A DNA stretch of 64,000 bases from a virus (taxonomy: Duplodnaviria > Caudoviricetes). The first letter of the stretch is position 1, and each line of letters starts with the position of its first letter. Below, in pieces: positions 28,619 through 37,538 of this stretch. The position numbers and the translations under genes were made by a program. The DNA lies in the IMG/VR virus record IMGVR_UViG_3300014208_000023, positions 256,001 to 320,000 of that record. One strand, written 5' to 3'. The notes under the pieces were generated by a model. That model made no database searches. It had not been told where the DNA came from and saw only the letters and a list, made by a program, of their open reading frames with translations.

Positions 28619-28931
28619 CTTTTTCGCAAAGCTCCGTGCTTATTAGTTGTTTTAGTATATTTCGTGATATTGTAAATCGAAGAGAATTGTATGGTTTGGT
28701 TAGTTGCTCTACACCAGTTCTAACATTTTTGATTATTTTCGGCTTGAATGTCTTCAAAAGAATTTTGCCAAAATTAGGTATGATTACTTTCCTGGTATTA
28801 ACTATTTCTCGTTTAAGCTCATCAATTAAAATATTGACTACGGAAAATATATCAAAATATGATATGGAGCCCGGCATCTCCTTTTTAATTGACTTAACTA
28901 ATTCTTGTTTATTCATCTGATTCTGATTCAA
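28605..28931 (-). CDS. HU/IHF family DNA-binding protein
   Basis: MNKQELVKSI...VIIPNFGKI...KNVRTG...LRFTIS. Confidence 0.85.
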   Translation of the reverse strand: MNQNQMNKQELVKSIKKEMPGSISYFDIFSVVNILIDELKREIVNTRKVIIPNFGKILLKTFKPKIIKNVRTGVEQLTKPYNSLRFTISRNILKQLISTELCEKDDTK

Positions 28932-29415
28932 ACTTCAAAAAATCAATTAAGCTTTTATATATTGCTTCGCCATCCGTATTTTTTGACCAAGTAACATAAA
29001 GCTCCATTAATGATTCTACAGCTACCAGAATTTTGGCCTGGAATAATGTAGAGGCCTCATGCCACTTGCCGTCTATTCCAAAGAATAACGAGCCGCTATC
29101 TTCTGGGTCTAAAGAGATTCTGGCGGCGTAGGGAGGAAATGAGTCAAGCTGTAAAAGCAGGGAATACTCTGGGACCTCCTCGGTTAAATCTGCTATGATG
29201 AATTGGACCCTAGATCCGTCATCTACCTTTGTTTCACCAGACCAAATGCTGTTGTCATATTTTTCACCATCAACTTCAAATGTAAGTTTCTGGTCTAATA
29301 AAAATTGGCTAGATACTGGACCTTCTCTTTTGCCAGACTCTACATCTTCTCTTGTAAGAAGACCAAACTTATTAAATATATGGTTTATAATTTCTTGTTT
29401 AAGTGATTCGTTCAT
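28909..29415 (-). CDS. Hypothetical acidic protein
   Basis: 168-aa ORF. Confidence 0.75.
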   Translation of the reverse strand: MNESLKQEIINHIFNKFGLLTREDVESGKREGPVSSQFLLDQKLTFEVDGEKYDNSIWSGETKVDDGSRVQFIIADLTEEVPEYSLLLQLDSFPPYAARISLDPEDSGSLFFGIDGKWHEASTLFQAKILVAVESLMELYVTWSKNTDGEAIYKSLIDFLKFESESDE

Positions 29416-29419
29416 GGTT

Positions 29420-29716
29420 TTATATCCTGAATGTTTTTAATATTTTGTTTATGTCTATATTTATAGATGGCAAATCGTTAGTGAGTTCGGTTATTTTGTC
29501 TTCATAATTGAATTGATCTCCGCGCTCTCTTCTTGCTGCCAATTCTTCCATGGATAATATTGACTCTTTTTCCATTAATCCTAGATATCGATAACAAACT
29601 ATGATCTCGCATAATTTGTGATTTGTCATATCTGGCAAATTTTTCTTAAATTCCTCTTCATTGAATTGAAAGTCGCTTGAAGTATCTTGGAGTTGAAAGT
29701 TTTGGTTTAATGACAT
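29420..29716 (-). CDS. Hypothetical protein
   Basis: 98-aa ORF. Confidence 0.7.
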   Translation of the reverse strand: MSLNQNFQLQDTSSDFQFNEEEFKKNLPDMTNHKLCEIIVCYRYLGLMEKESILSMEELAARRERGDQFNYEDKITELTNDLPSINIDINKILKTFRI

Positions 29717-29951
29717 TGTAATTTTCTCTCTTAAAACATATTAGGCTGAAATTATTTAATAGGCCAGAAATAGAAATGGTTTCGCCATTCATAAGTGATG
29801 AGCGTAAAACAATAAAAAAATACTTAATTATTAAGGCTACTTGCGCCTTTGTTAATTGTGGATACCGACCATGAACCCTCTCAAGGATGTCTTGCGAGTA
29901 TTTCAGAGAAACGGGGTATTCTTTATTGAATGTCTGGTAATCTTCGCGCAT
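29658..29951 (-). CDS. Second HU/IHF-like protein lacking the DNA-binding beta-arm
   Basis: ILERVHGRYPQLTKAQVALII...LMNGETISISGL..FSL, then a short loop; start at MREDY. Confidence 0.6.
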   Translation of the reverse strand: MREDYQTFNKEYPVSLKYSQDILERVHGRYPQLTKAQVALIIKYFFIVLRSSLMNGETISISGLLNNFSLICFKRENYNVIKPKLSTPRYFKRLSIQ

Positions 29952-29957
29952 TTTACT

Positions 29958-30458
29958 ATGGAACGTGTAGAAGAGCTCTGTTGCTATTATATCAGCCATT
30001 TAAGAAGTATTGCAATAGTTCATCAAAACCATCACTGGATAGCTAAAGGAAAGAGCTTTTACGGCAATCATCTTTTGTTTGAAAGAATATACAAATCCGC
30101 CCAGGAAGACGCGGACCTTATGGCAGAAAAATTCGTTGGAGTTTTTAATGCCGAATGTTTAGATTTGAATCTTCAATCAAAACTTATGTCCAAAATACTA
30201 GACGAGCATAGTTCTGGAGATCCAATTAAAACATCTCTAAAAATAGAGACCGAATTTCTTGCGTTCTGCCAAAAATTTTATGATATTCTAGACAAGCAAG
30301 AAAGCCTTACTCTTGGGCTAGACGATGCCATCATGTCGGTAAGCTCAAACCGAGAAGGCGCTGTCTATCTATTAAAGCAGGCTAGTGAAGAGTCTAATTT
30401 GACAATTAGCCCAATTGAGGCCAGAATAAGTCTTTTAAAGAAAATGCTTAAAAAGTAA
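29958..30458 (+). CDS. Dps/ferritin-like protein
   Basis: HQNHHWIAKGKSFYGNHLLFERIY...DLMAEK, the Dps HW.V.G..F...H..FE..Y pattern; start at MERVE. Confidence 0.8.
   Translation: MERVEELCCYYISHLRSIAIVHQNHHWIAKGKSFYGNHLLFERIYKSAQEDADLMAEKFVGVFNAECLDLNLQSKLMSKILDEHSSGDPIKTSLKIETEFLAFCQKFYDILDKQESLTLGLDDAIMSVSSNREGAVYLLKQASEESNLTISPIEARISLLKKMLKK
29986..29994 (-). promoter_or_regulatory. TGATATAAT, perfect extended -10 for the arm-less HU gene
   Basis: 34 nt upstream of ATG 29951, embedded antisense in the Dps gene. Confidence 0.4.
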
Positions 30459-30747
30459 TTTTATCTCGTAAATCAAGAATATCCAACTGATCCTTTAGAG
30501 AGGCATAAACATCTATGTTCTCTTTTTTTGATAGATTAGCTATATTTATTAGCAATCTTCCTATTGCTTTTGATTTCATTTCGCTGATTAAGCCTCTATC
30601 TTTTGATGTGGCAGATACTTTATATATGTCCCTCAACTCTTCCAGGGTTGAGGAAATTTTTGCCAGCACTTCTTGACCTCCAAGATCATCAAATGAATTT
30701 GCTTTTTCTGCCTTATCCCAAAGATCCTCAAAATGAACTTTTGCCAT
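30448..30747 (-). CDS. Small all-alpha protein, weakly MazG-like
   Basis: AIGRLLINIANLSKKENIDVYASL resembles ELGDVLF.LA...GIDLEEAL. Confidence 0.45.
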   Translation of the reverse strand: MAKVHFEDLWDKAEKANSFDDLGGQEVLAKISSTLEELRDIYKVSATSKDRGLISEMKSKAIGRLLINIANLSKKENIDVYASLKDQLDILDLRDKITF

Positions 30748-30752
30748 ATTTC

Positions 30753-31619
30753 CTACTTTTTGTTATTTTCAGCAAACTCTTTTACGCATCGTTTTAGCTC
30801 TTCTTCTTGATTAAGAAATTCAAAACCCTCATTCATAATTTTAGAGCTATCTATTATACAATTTGATCTAGGAGCACTAACTAATCCGTTTAATTCATCT
30901 GGAGTAATACTATTAAAAGTATGCTCAGGAACATATTTCTTATACTCATTTAATATTTGGCTATGAGTAATCGGTTTTGGACTTGTAACGTGATATGTCC
31001 CAGTTGCCTCACTAGATACTGCCCAATCTACTGCTCTCGACAAGTCTTTCAAAAAAGTTACGGAGTTGGGTATTTCCACAATTTCTTTATAGCTAATTAG
31101 TTTTGATATGAGATTGCGAGGAGAGGCTTTATCACTAATAGGCATGCGAATGCGTAATGTCGTTACGTTTTTCATTGTTCCAAGAGCGAGATCGCAAGCA
31201 TATTTTGATTTAGAATAGGTAGATAGAGGCGCTGCTGCGTCATTTTCTACCCAACCAGAATCACGTCTTGCCTCATAAGAGTCATAATATCTTTTAAAGA
31301 AAACCGCATTTGGCGATTCTCCATAAAAAATACATCCAGACCCTATTTGAATTACTCGTATATCTCTGGCCGCACAAACTGAAGCTAGCATTATTGGAAG
31401 AATAGTATTAGTCTGAAATGTTCTAGACTTATTTATTTCGCATCCGTCTATATTTGCTCCACCACAATATCCAATACAATTAATTACTACATCTGGCTTA
31501 TAATCATCTAACCAATTTGCTATGTAATTATAGCTGGCCTCAATGCGGTCGTGTAATATTGGATAATTTAGATGGCTTGCTATAAAACCATTTCCAACTA
31601 TCACTTTTCTTATAGCCAT
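30753..31619 (-). CDS. Bifunctional NDP-4-keto-6-deoxyglucose 3,5-epimerase/4-reductase (plant NRS/ER, mimivirus L780 type)
   Basis: NIDGCE, GSGCIF, YSKSK, LRIRMPIS...PRNLISK, IPNS, APRSNC all match NRS/ER rather than RmlD. Confidence 0.8.
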   Translation of the reverse strand: MAIRKVIVGNGFIASHLNYPILHDRIEASYNYIANWLDDYKPDVVINCIGYCGGANIDGCEINKSRTFQTNTILPIMLASVCAARDIRVIQIGSGCIFYGESPNAVFFKRYYDSYEARRDSGWVENDAAAPLSTYSKSKYACDLALGTMKNVTTLRIRMPISDKASPRNLISKLISYKEIVEIPNSVTFLKDLSRAVDWAVSSEATGTYHVTSPKPITHSQILNEYKKYVPEHTFNSITPDELNGLVSAPRSNCIIDSSKIMNEGFEFLNQEEELKRCVKEFAENNKK

Positions 31620-31885
31620 TATTTTCTCCTAAACATTTGATTATTCTTTTTCTTTTGTTTAAAGGCTATATCGTCCTTACAAACAATTTCTGCTGATTTA
31701 TAGGTGAAAAAGAACTCTTCTTCAGTTAATGGCCTTTTGTCTGGACCAATTGTAACGTTGTAGAAGTCACGCAATTCTTCTTGCCCTTTGACGCCTACCA
31801 ATAGATCTTCCTTAATCCATCCAAGTAGTATTTCGAAACTTCCTTCAAAAAATTCCTTTTCCATATGTATTGGTTCAAATAGCAT
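31619..31885 (-). CDS. Hypothetical protein
   Basis: 88-aa ORF abutting neighbours. Confidence 0.65.
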   Translation of the reverse strand: MLFEPIHMEKEFFEGSFEILLGWIKEDLLVGVKGQEELRDFYNVTIGPDKRPLTEEEFFFTYKSAEIVCKDDIAFKQKKKNNQMFRRK

Positions 31886-32620
31886 TTAAAACTCCACCGG
31901 CTCAGTTTTTATGAGATCTAATACTTTACCAATAGATTCTGGTGTTCCCATATCAGACCACCAGCCATTTTGAATATTATATTTTAAATCTCCGCATGTA
32001 TGATATTGCTTTATAATGTCGATAATTTCATATTCATTTCTTGGAGAAAGCTTTAAGCTCTTAAAAAACTCAAAATACTTTCTATTAAAAACATAGGCGC
32101 CAGTTACAGCATAGTTATCAGTGTCATTTGATAATATTTTTGGCTTTTCTTCAAATCTAACAATAACATCATTTAATATGGACACAACTCCAAATTGATG
32201 AAGATTAATGTTTGTTGAATTATTTAAGAATATTTCAGCCCCATTACTTTTGGTATCGTATTTTATAGGCTTTTGGAAAGCATTATCTCCCAAGATAACC
32301 GCAAATCTTTCATCCTTAATAAAAGGCTCACAAAGATTAATTGCTTGAGCTATTCCTCTAGCCTCTCTTTGATAGACGTAATTTATTTTAAGCCCAAGCT
32401 CTTGACCATCCTTAAGGAGATCTACAACTTTGGCAAAATGTTCTCCTCCCAGAACGACCGTGACATTTTCTATTCCAGATTTTTTAATCGTATTTATTGA
32501 GTAATCTAAAATAAGCTTATCATGAATTGGATGAAGATGCTTATTGCTTATCTTCGCAAATCTTCCAAGTCTCGTGCCCTGACCGCCAGTGAGAAGTATC
32601 CCGGATTTTATTTCCATCAA
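31886..32620 (-). CDS. rmlA: Glucose-1-phosphate thymidylyltransferase-like sugar nucleotidyltransferase
   Basis: GGQGTRL, NKHLHPI, Q...GIAQA, ILGDN, FEEKP, RNEYEI, WSDMGT. Confidence 0.85.
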   Translation of the reverse strand: MMEIKSGILLTGGQGTRLGRFAKISNKHLHPIHDKLILDYSINTIKKSGIENVTVVLGGEHFAKVVDLLKDGQELGLKINYVYQREARGIAQAINLCEPFIKDERFAVILGDNAFQKPIKYDTKSNGAEIFLNNSTNINLHQFGVVSILNDVIVRFEEKPKILSNDTDNYAVTGAYVFNRKYFEFFKSLKLSPRNEYEIIDIIKQYHTCGDLKYNIQNGWWSDMGTPESIGKVLDLIKTEPVEF

Positions 32621-33090
32621 CCTTTTATATATCTCGGAAGAATCCCTCCCTTAACGAATTCCTCTTGCTTATCTTTAGATAGCGTATTAAAGCCAGAAAT
32701 GGTCTTTCTGCAGTAGTATCTGTGGCAGCTACAAGGCATTGACCAGTCAGTTTCGGAGTCAGTGCTGGTAAGAGAATAGTCAAACGTTATCTCTTCATCT
32801 TTTGATATGGGGCGTAAGGCTATTAGGAAGGCAGAATTGACAACCGCCTTAACATAACAATTAGGATTGCAGTTATGATTTATAAAAAATGGAGTTTCTT
32901 TTTCCAAATCAATAAAACGATCTATTCCAACTTGCAGAACATTATCTCTCTGCTCGCCAGATAGCTTGCTTACTTGTTCGCCCGTTAAATTGTTGGCCGG
33001 AAATTTAAGAATAACATCATTAGTTTCAAATGGCCGACTTGTAAAGACTCCACGCTTGTTATCATTTATTTTTTTAATAATAAGTGTCAT
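32617..33090 (-). CDS. SET-domain lysine methyltransferase with post-SET motif
   Basis: RGVF, INHNCNPN, EITFDY, CSCHRYYCR. Confidence 0.9.
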   Translation of the reverse strand: MTLIIKKINDNKRGVFTSRPFETNDVILKFPANNLTGEQVSKLSGEQRDNVLQVGIDRFIDLEKETPFFINHNCNPNCYVKAVVNSAFLIALRPISKDEEITFDYSLTSTDSETDWSMPCSCHRYYCRKTISGFNTLSKDKQEEFVKGGILPRYIKG

Positions 33091-33560
33091 GTGAAAAATA
33101 TACTCATTTTGTTGAAGGTTTTATTGAGCTGCTCAAATGGTTTCCAGCCTTCTGGCACATTAAGTGCTCCATTATGTATGTCGGAATATTTGCTAATTGG
33201 CAATTCTACAATAGAAAACCCAAAATTATTTTTACAACATCTCATTGTGATTTCTTGAGAAAAATCTTCGCTTTGTTTAATTCCAGCTATGTCACTAAAT
33301 ATAAGTGCAATTATATCTTTTTTATGCTTGTAGAATAATGTCTTAATAATTCTTGGGCTATATTTAATGTAATCGTGAATCATAATGGCAATTTGCGTGT
33401 CACTATAATCCTTGGTATGACTTAGCAAAGCAATCTTATCAAAAAAAGATATTATCTCTTGCTCGCTACCTAAATGAGTGGCAGATATATTCATATTATG
33501 AATATTTATTGTTCTATGATCATTTTCCCATACACTAGTTGTTTTTTTAAAGATCGCCAT
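33087..33560 (-). CDS. Hypothetical protein
   Basis: 157-aa ORF with ATGA overlap. Confidence 0.7.
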   Translation of the reverse strand: MAIFKKTTSVWENDHRTINIHNMNISATHLGSEQEIISFFDKIALLSHTKDYSDTQIAIMIHDYIKYSPRIIKTLFYKHKKDIIALIFSDIAGIKQSEDFSQEITMRCCKNNFGFSIVELPISKYSDIHNGALNVPEGWKPFEQLNKTFNKMSIFFT

Positions 33561-34437
33561 TTTTAGTTTCTAATTCTTTTAGAATTTTAATTATTGTTTC
33601 TTCATATAATTTATGATCAATATTGTTGGATTTTAATAGATTTTCTTTTGAAGAAAGAGGCCGAAGATTAGATAACGCCCATGCTTTTTTACACTCAATA
33701 TCTTTTATTGATGAATAATTGAAAAAAGAATGAGGAATAATATGATCTAGTTGCCATGTCCAAGTTGATGCGTCATTATCGTCCCAAGTTTTTGAATTAT
33801 ATGTGCTCTGATTTTCCCAAGTCATCCATGCTTCGAAAAGTGATTCTATATGAGTCTTAATTTTTGATGGATAATCTTTTCCAAATATAGATAAGCAGCC
33901 TATGTTGTTTTTTATAGAATTATTTTGCTTAAGCGCTAAATTTATTGCTCTAGACATTATCTTTCTAATTTTATAGGATGGATCTACTTGTCTTCGTATT
34001 TTATTTCTTTTTGATTTTTTAATATTTATTTTTTCTTTATTATTTTGCTGATAAAGCTTAATCTTCTCTTTAATTCTATATTTATTTTCAGAGTATCTTT
34101 TTTTAGATTGTAATATTAAATTTTCTTTATTATTAATATAATATAATTTACTATATTCAATTAATTTATCTCTATTTTCAATTCTATATTTCTTATTTTT
34201 ATTTAAAATTTTATCTTTATTTTTGTTATAATTTTCTTTTTTCTTTTTAGTTAAGACCTTTTTATTTTTTTTTCTATATTGTTTTTGATATATGGATATT
34301 TTATTTTTATTTTTTTTAGAAAAATCTTTCATATATATTTTGCGACAGTCTTTGCACACATTTCGTGTGGCCGCAAAACATTTTTTTGATTTTCTTAATC
34401 CACATGGCCCAGAGCACTTTTTCAAAAAATTATTCAC
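33547..34437 (-). mobile_element. Free-standing HNH-family putative homing endonuclease with K/N/Y-rich helical repeats
   Basis: CSGPC/CKDC; WQLDHIIPHS...LSNLRPLSSKENLLKSN; very AT-rich. Confidence 0.8.
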
Positions 34438-35209
34438 ATTCTAATGTGTTTTTATTATTAAATATAGAAAAGAGCCAGTCTTTCTCATGCGAGAATAATG
34501 GGAGCTCGTCATTTATAATTAGTTTATGCTTTATCTCTTGGCTTTTAGGATTTAATTTTGGACTTCTATATGCTCCAACCCCTCTTTTAAATGGAAGTGG
34601 GTATGAATTAAAATCAATCTTGCATTCTTCATATAGAATCTCTGATTTTTGTTTCGGACTTTTTCCTGCCAACATTTGCTTAACTTCATCTGAATTGTAG
34701 CGCTTTAGAAGCTCGTAAAAGCACGCCTGCGATAATGCCGTATGAAAGCAGTTTTGCTGCATATGTATTATAGTATTTGTAAGCTCCATTATGCTGGGAA
34801 CCACGAAAGTCTTTGCGGTAAATACGGCATCACCCAAAAGCTTTATGTCTTTTGTGTCCTTAATTTTATTGAACTCTAGGGTGGCTAGAGATGATGCGGC
34901 CGATACTATGGCCTGTATTTTGTTGTTATACCATGCATCCGTGTTAGATGTTTGGTCGTTTCGCATAGCTACCACGATTTGATCATTAAAAGTAAATGCA
35001 AAGATTACACCATCTACTTCTTGACACAACTTTACCATGGCAGCGATCATTAGCTCCATAAAATCAGGAGAGAACGGCTTATCTACCAAAGATGAAAGCT
35101 TTGAAAAAGACCGGCCATTCAAAACAATTACTACTGGTAATCGCTTCATAAGCTGATGATCTGACAATTCTTGATAGGAGTTAATCCTATCTGTTAGAGA
35201 TGCTTCCAT
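34430..35209 (-). CDS. tRNA(His) guanylyltransferase (Thg1)-like protein, catalytically degenerate
   Basis: VLNGRSF (for RLDGRxF), KPF, FNDQI (for QSDEI), IQAIVSAASS, KRGVGAY. Confidence 0.8.
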   Translation of the reverse strand: MEASLTDRINSYQELSDHQLMKRLPVVIVLNGRSFSKLSSLVDKPFSPDFMELMIAAMVKLCQEVDGVIFAFTFNDQIVVAMRNDQTSNTDAWYNNKIQAIVSAASSLATLEFNKIKDTKDIKLLGDAVFTAKTFVVPSIMELTNTIIHMQQNCFHTALSQACFYELLKRYNSDEVKQMLAGKSPKQKSEILYEECKIDFNSYPLPFKRGVGAYRSPKLNPKSQEIKHKLIINDELPLFSHEKDWLFSIFNNKNTLECE

Positions 35210-35217
35210 TAATACCT

Positions 35218-35226
35218 TATATATCA
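35218..35226 (-). promoter_or_regulatory. TGATATATA promoter-like motif
   Basis: 8 nt upstream of the Thg1-like ATG. Confidence 0.45.
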
Positions 35227-35703
35227 GCCAGAGCCCAATTTATTAGATATAACCTGACAAATATTAATTACCTCTGATTTAAAAGTGGATGCTTTTGGCT
35301 CAGGAACATCAATATTTGAAACCCTATCTTTTAGATCTGATATTATTTTTTTCATACCATCAATAGAATATGGGTTCTCGTTTGATGATACGACATCATA
35401 TATCCATTTTGATAATGAATATATATTTTTTGTACTATTTGTAAATTGGCTTCCACTAATGCTTGGCGCCTTCCAAGTATTACTGAAATCTAGTTTTCCA
35501 TCAGTAAGAATAAATAAATACTTATTGAATAAGTTTATTACCTTCTCTATATCTTGTGCAAACTCTGGCTTTTTAGAAAAAAGATTAACGCGATAATTAG
35601 GTATTTGCGACAAAGATATCGTGGGAGCCTGCGTATTAACTGTTGGCACGGCAGTTGTTTGGGCTAGCTTCTTCCAAAACTTGATTCTTTCAGAGATTAT
35701 CAT
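35224..35703 (-). CDS. Hypothetical protein
   Basis: 159-aa ORF. Confidence 0.75.
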   Translation of the reverse strand: MIISERIKFWKKLAQTTAVPTVNTQAPTISLSQIPNYRVNLFSKKPEFAQDIEKVINLFNKYLFILTDGKLDFSNTWKAPSISGSQFTNSTKNIYSLSKWIYDVVSSNENPYSIDGMKKIISDLKDRVSNIDVPEPKASTFKSEVINICQVISNKLGSG

Positions 35704-36379
35704 TACCTAAATGCCAGTCTATTGCAGTAAGTCCCTTACTTTTTAGAAAGCCATTGACCGTTGAAAATGGTGAGCTTCTAAAAAACCCACTGTGGGCAGA
35801 AAGAGGAGATGGATGAACCGACTCAATTATGAAATGATTACGATTAGTTATGAGTTTTCTTTTGGACTTTGCAAAATTTCCCCACAAAATAAATACTAGA
35901 TTTTCTTTTTCATCATTAAGCTTTTGAATTACCCTATCAGTAAATTCTTCCCAGCCCTTATCCTTATGACTATTTGATAGTCCTTCACGAACCGTGAGGA
36001 CGCAATTTAAAAGCAATACTCCTTGTTTAGCCCATTTTGTAAGATCACCATTCTTGGAAATTGGTATGTTTAAGTCGTTTTTAAGCTCCTTAAAAATATT
36101 CAAAAGACTAGGTGGTAATGGAAAAGATTCCGGAACGCTGAAAGAAAGTCCTTGGGCTTGGCCAGGATTAATATATGGATCTTGTCCTATAACTACAACT
36201 TTAGTGTTTTCAAAATCACAATGCTTAAAAGCATTAAAGATATTTTCTTTTGCTGGAAAAATATTAAAGGATATTTCTTCTGTCGAAAGAAATTTCGAAA
36301 GATCTCTAAAATATTCTTTTTTCATTTCTTCAACTAAAAGTGTTTTCCATTCTCCCGTGAGCGACATTATTTCATCCAC
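35690..36379 (-). CDS. ung: Uracil-DNA glycosylase family 1
   Basis: GQDPY, FSVP, PPSL.NI, QGVLLLN, LWG, HPSPLS. Confidence 0.97.
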   Translation of the reverse strand: MDEIMSLTGEWKTLLVEEMKKEYFRDLSKFLSTEEISFNIFPAKENIFNAFKHCDFENTKVVVIGQDPYINPGQAQGLSFSVPESFPLPPSLLNIFKELKNDLNIPISKNGDLTKWAKQGVLLLNCVLTVREGLSNSHKDKGWEEFTDRVIQKLNDEKENLVFILWGNFAKSKRKLITNRNHFIIESVHPSPLSAHSGFFRSSPFSTVNGFLKSKGLTAIDWHLGNDNL

Positions 36380-37538
36380 CCTTTAGGGTTTTAATTTGAG
36401 TATTTATTCTTCCCTGTAACTCATCTATGTAATCTTGAGGATTTGCATCAGGATTTGTTTGCACTCTAATTGCCAATTCATTTATGTATGCAATTGGCCA
36501 CTTATTAACTTTGTCGGCGAAAGAATCATATAGATCCCCAAGAACGCCCTTTATAACCTGGTCGTCCAAATACTCTATCGTTCTCAATTCATCAAAACGC
36601 CCTGGCCGCAGAACGGCAGGAGGGAACGCCTTCAGCGAATTGGTTATAGCTATAACCACTTTAGTATGGCGGTGAAGCCACTCTAAAAATTCTAGCATTG
36701 ATGTTGTTTCTGAAAAGTAATCAAAATCATCCAATAGAACGGCTTCTATTTCGAATGTTTCGAGTAGGAATGAGATAATTCCCATTACGGAAGCATTTGT
36801 ATTTTTGCTATACTTAAACTTTAATGTATTCAAATTAAGATCTTGAAAAATCTTGTGCGCCATAGTAGATTTTCCGGTTCCAGGCAGTCCATTAAGAATG
36901 ATTGACCTTGGCAACCCTTTGGCAATGTATCTTTCCAAATACGAGCTTAAGTCAGATGCTGTTTTAGATGGGATTGCTATGCTCTCTTCTGGCTTCAGAT
37001 CGAATTTAATTGTTGGATATCCGCTAGATCCGGTCTTACTTTCTTCCACTATAGTTACCATCTTGGAATTTCCACCATTCATTTTCTCTTTCATAATGAA
37101 ACGAAGAACATCATTCTTGTTATTCTCTGATGAGCGAAAATAAATGGCCCTTTTTGTTTTGCCTAAAGTCCCTACTGGCAGAGTGTAGATCATTGTCTTA
37201 TCTGTTTCATAGGCAAACTTGAACTGTCTTTTTGGAAAAGATTCTATGCCAGAGCTCAATATATCATAAAGGGCCTGTTGTGTATAGCTTGCGGCTAACG
37301 ACTCCCACCCATTAATAGTAGAGAAGAAGCTTTCGCTATCTCCGCTGATAATTTTTACTCCAGTATTAAATGCAGCAACCCCTCCTTCTACGAAGGATAA
37401 GGGGCTTTTGCTTTGAGCGAAACTAGACACGCTTCTGGCTATCGACATGCCCATATCAAGAACGTTTTGATGCGCAAGTATGGTTTGCAACATACTATAT
37501 TTTGCTTCTTGAAATTTCTGACTTTTGAAAATATTCAT
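36372..37538 (-). CDS. AAA+ ATPase, paralogue 1
   Basis: GLPGTGKS, VLLDDFD, ITNS, PAVLRPGRFD. Confidence 0.88.
   Translation of the reverse strand: MNIFKSQKFQEAKYSMLQTILAHQNVLDMGMSIARSVSSFAQSKSPLSFVEGGVAAFNTGVKIISGDSESFFSTINGWESLAASYTQQALYDILSSGIESFPKRQFKFAYETDKTMIYTLPVGTLGKTKRAIYFRSSENNKNDVLRFIMKEKMNGGNSKMVTIVEESKTGSSGYPTIKFDLKPEESIAIPSKTASDLSSYLERYIAKGLPRSIILNGLPGTGKSTMAHKIFQDLNLNTLKFKYSKNTNASVMGIISFLLETFEIEAVLLDDFDYFSETTSMLEFLEWLHRHTKVVIAITNSLKAFPPAVLRPGRFDELRTIEYLDDQVIKGVLGDLYDSFADKVNKWPIAYINELAIRVQTNPDANPQDYIDELQGRINTQIKTLKGG

Noticed and set aside
33990-34330. Extremely AT-rich, quasi-repetitive tract resembling an origin or array
   Set aside because: It encodes the K/N/Y-rich helical repeats of the HNH protein; no exact repeat units or spacers.
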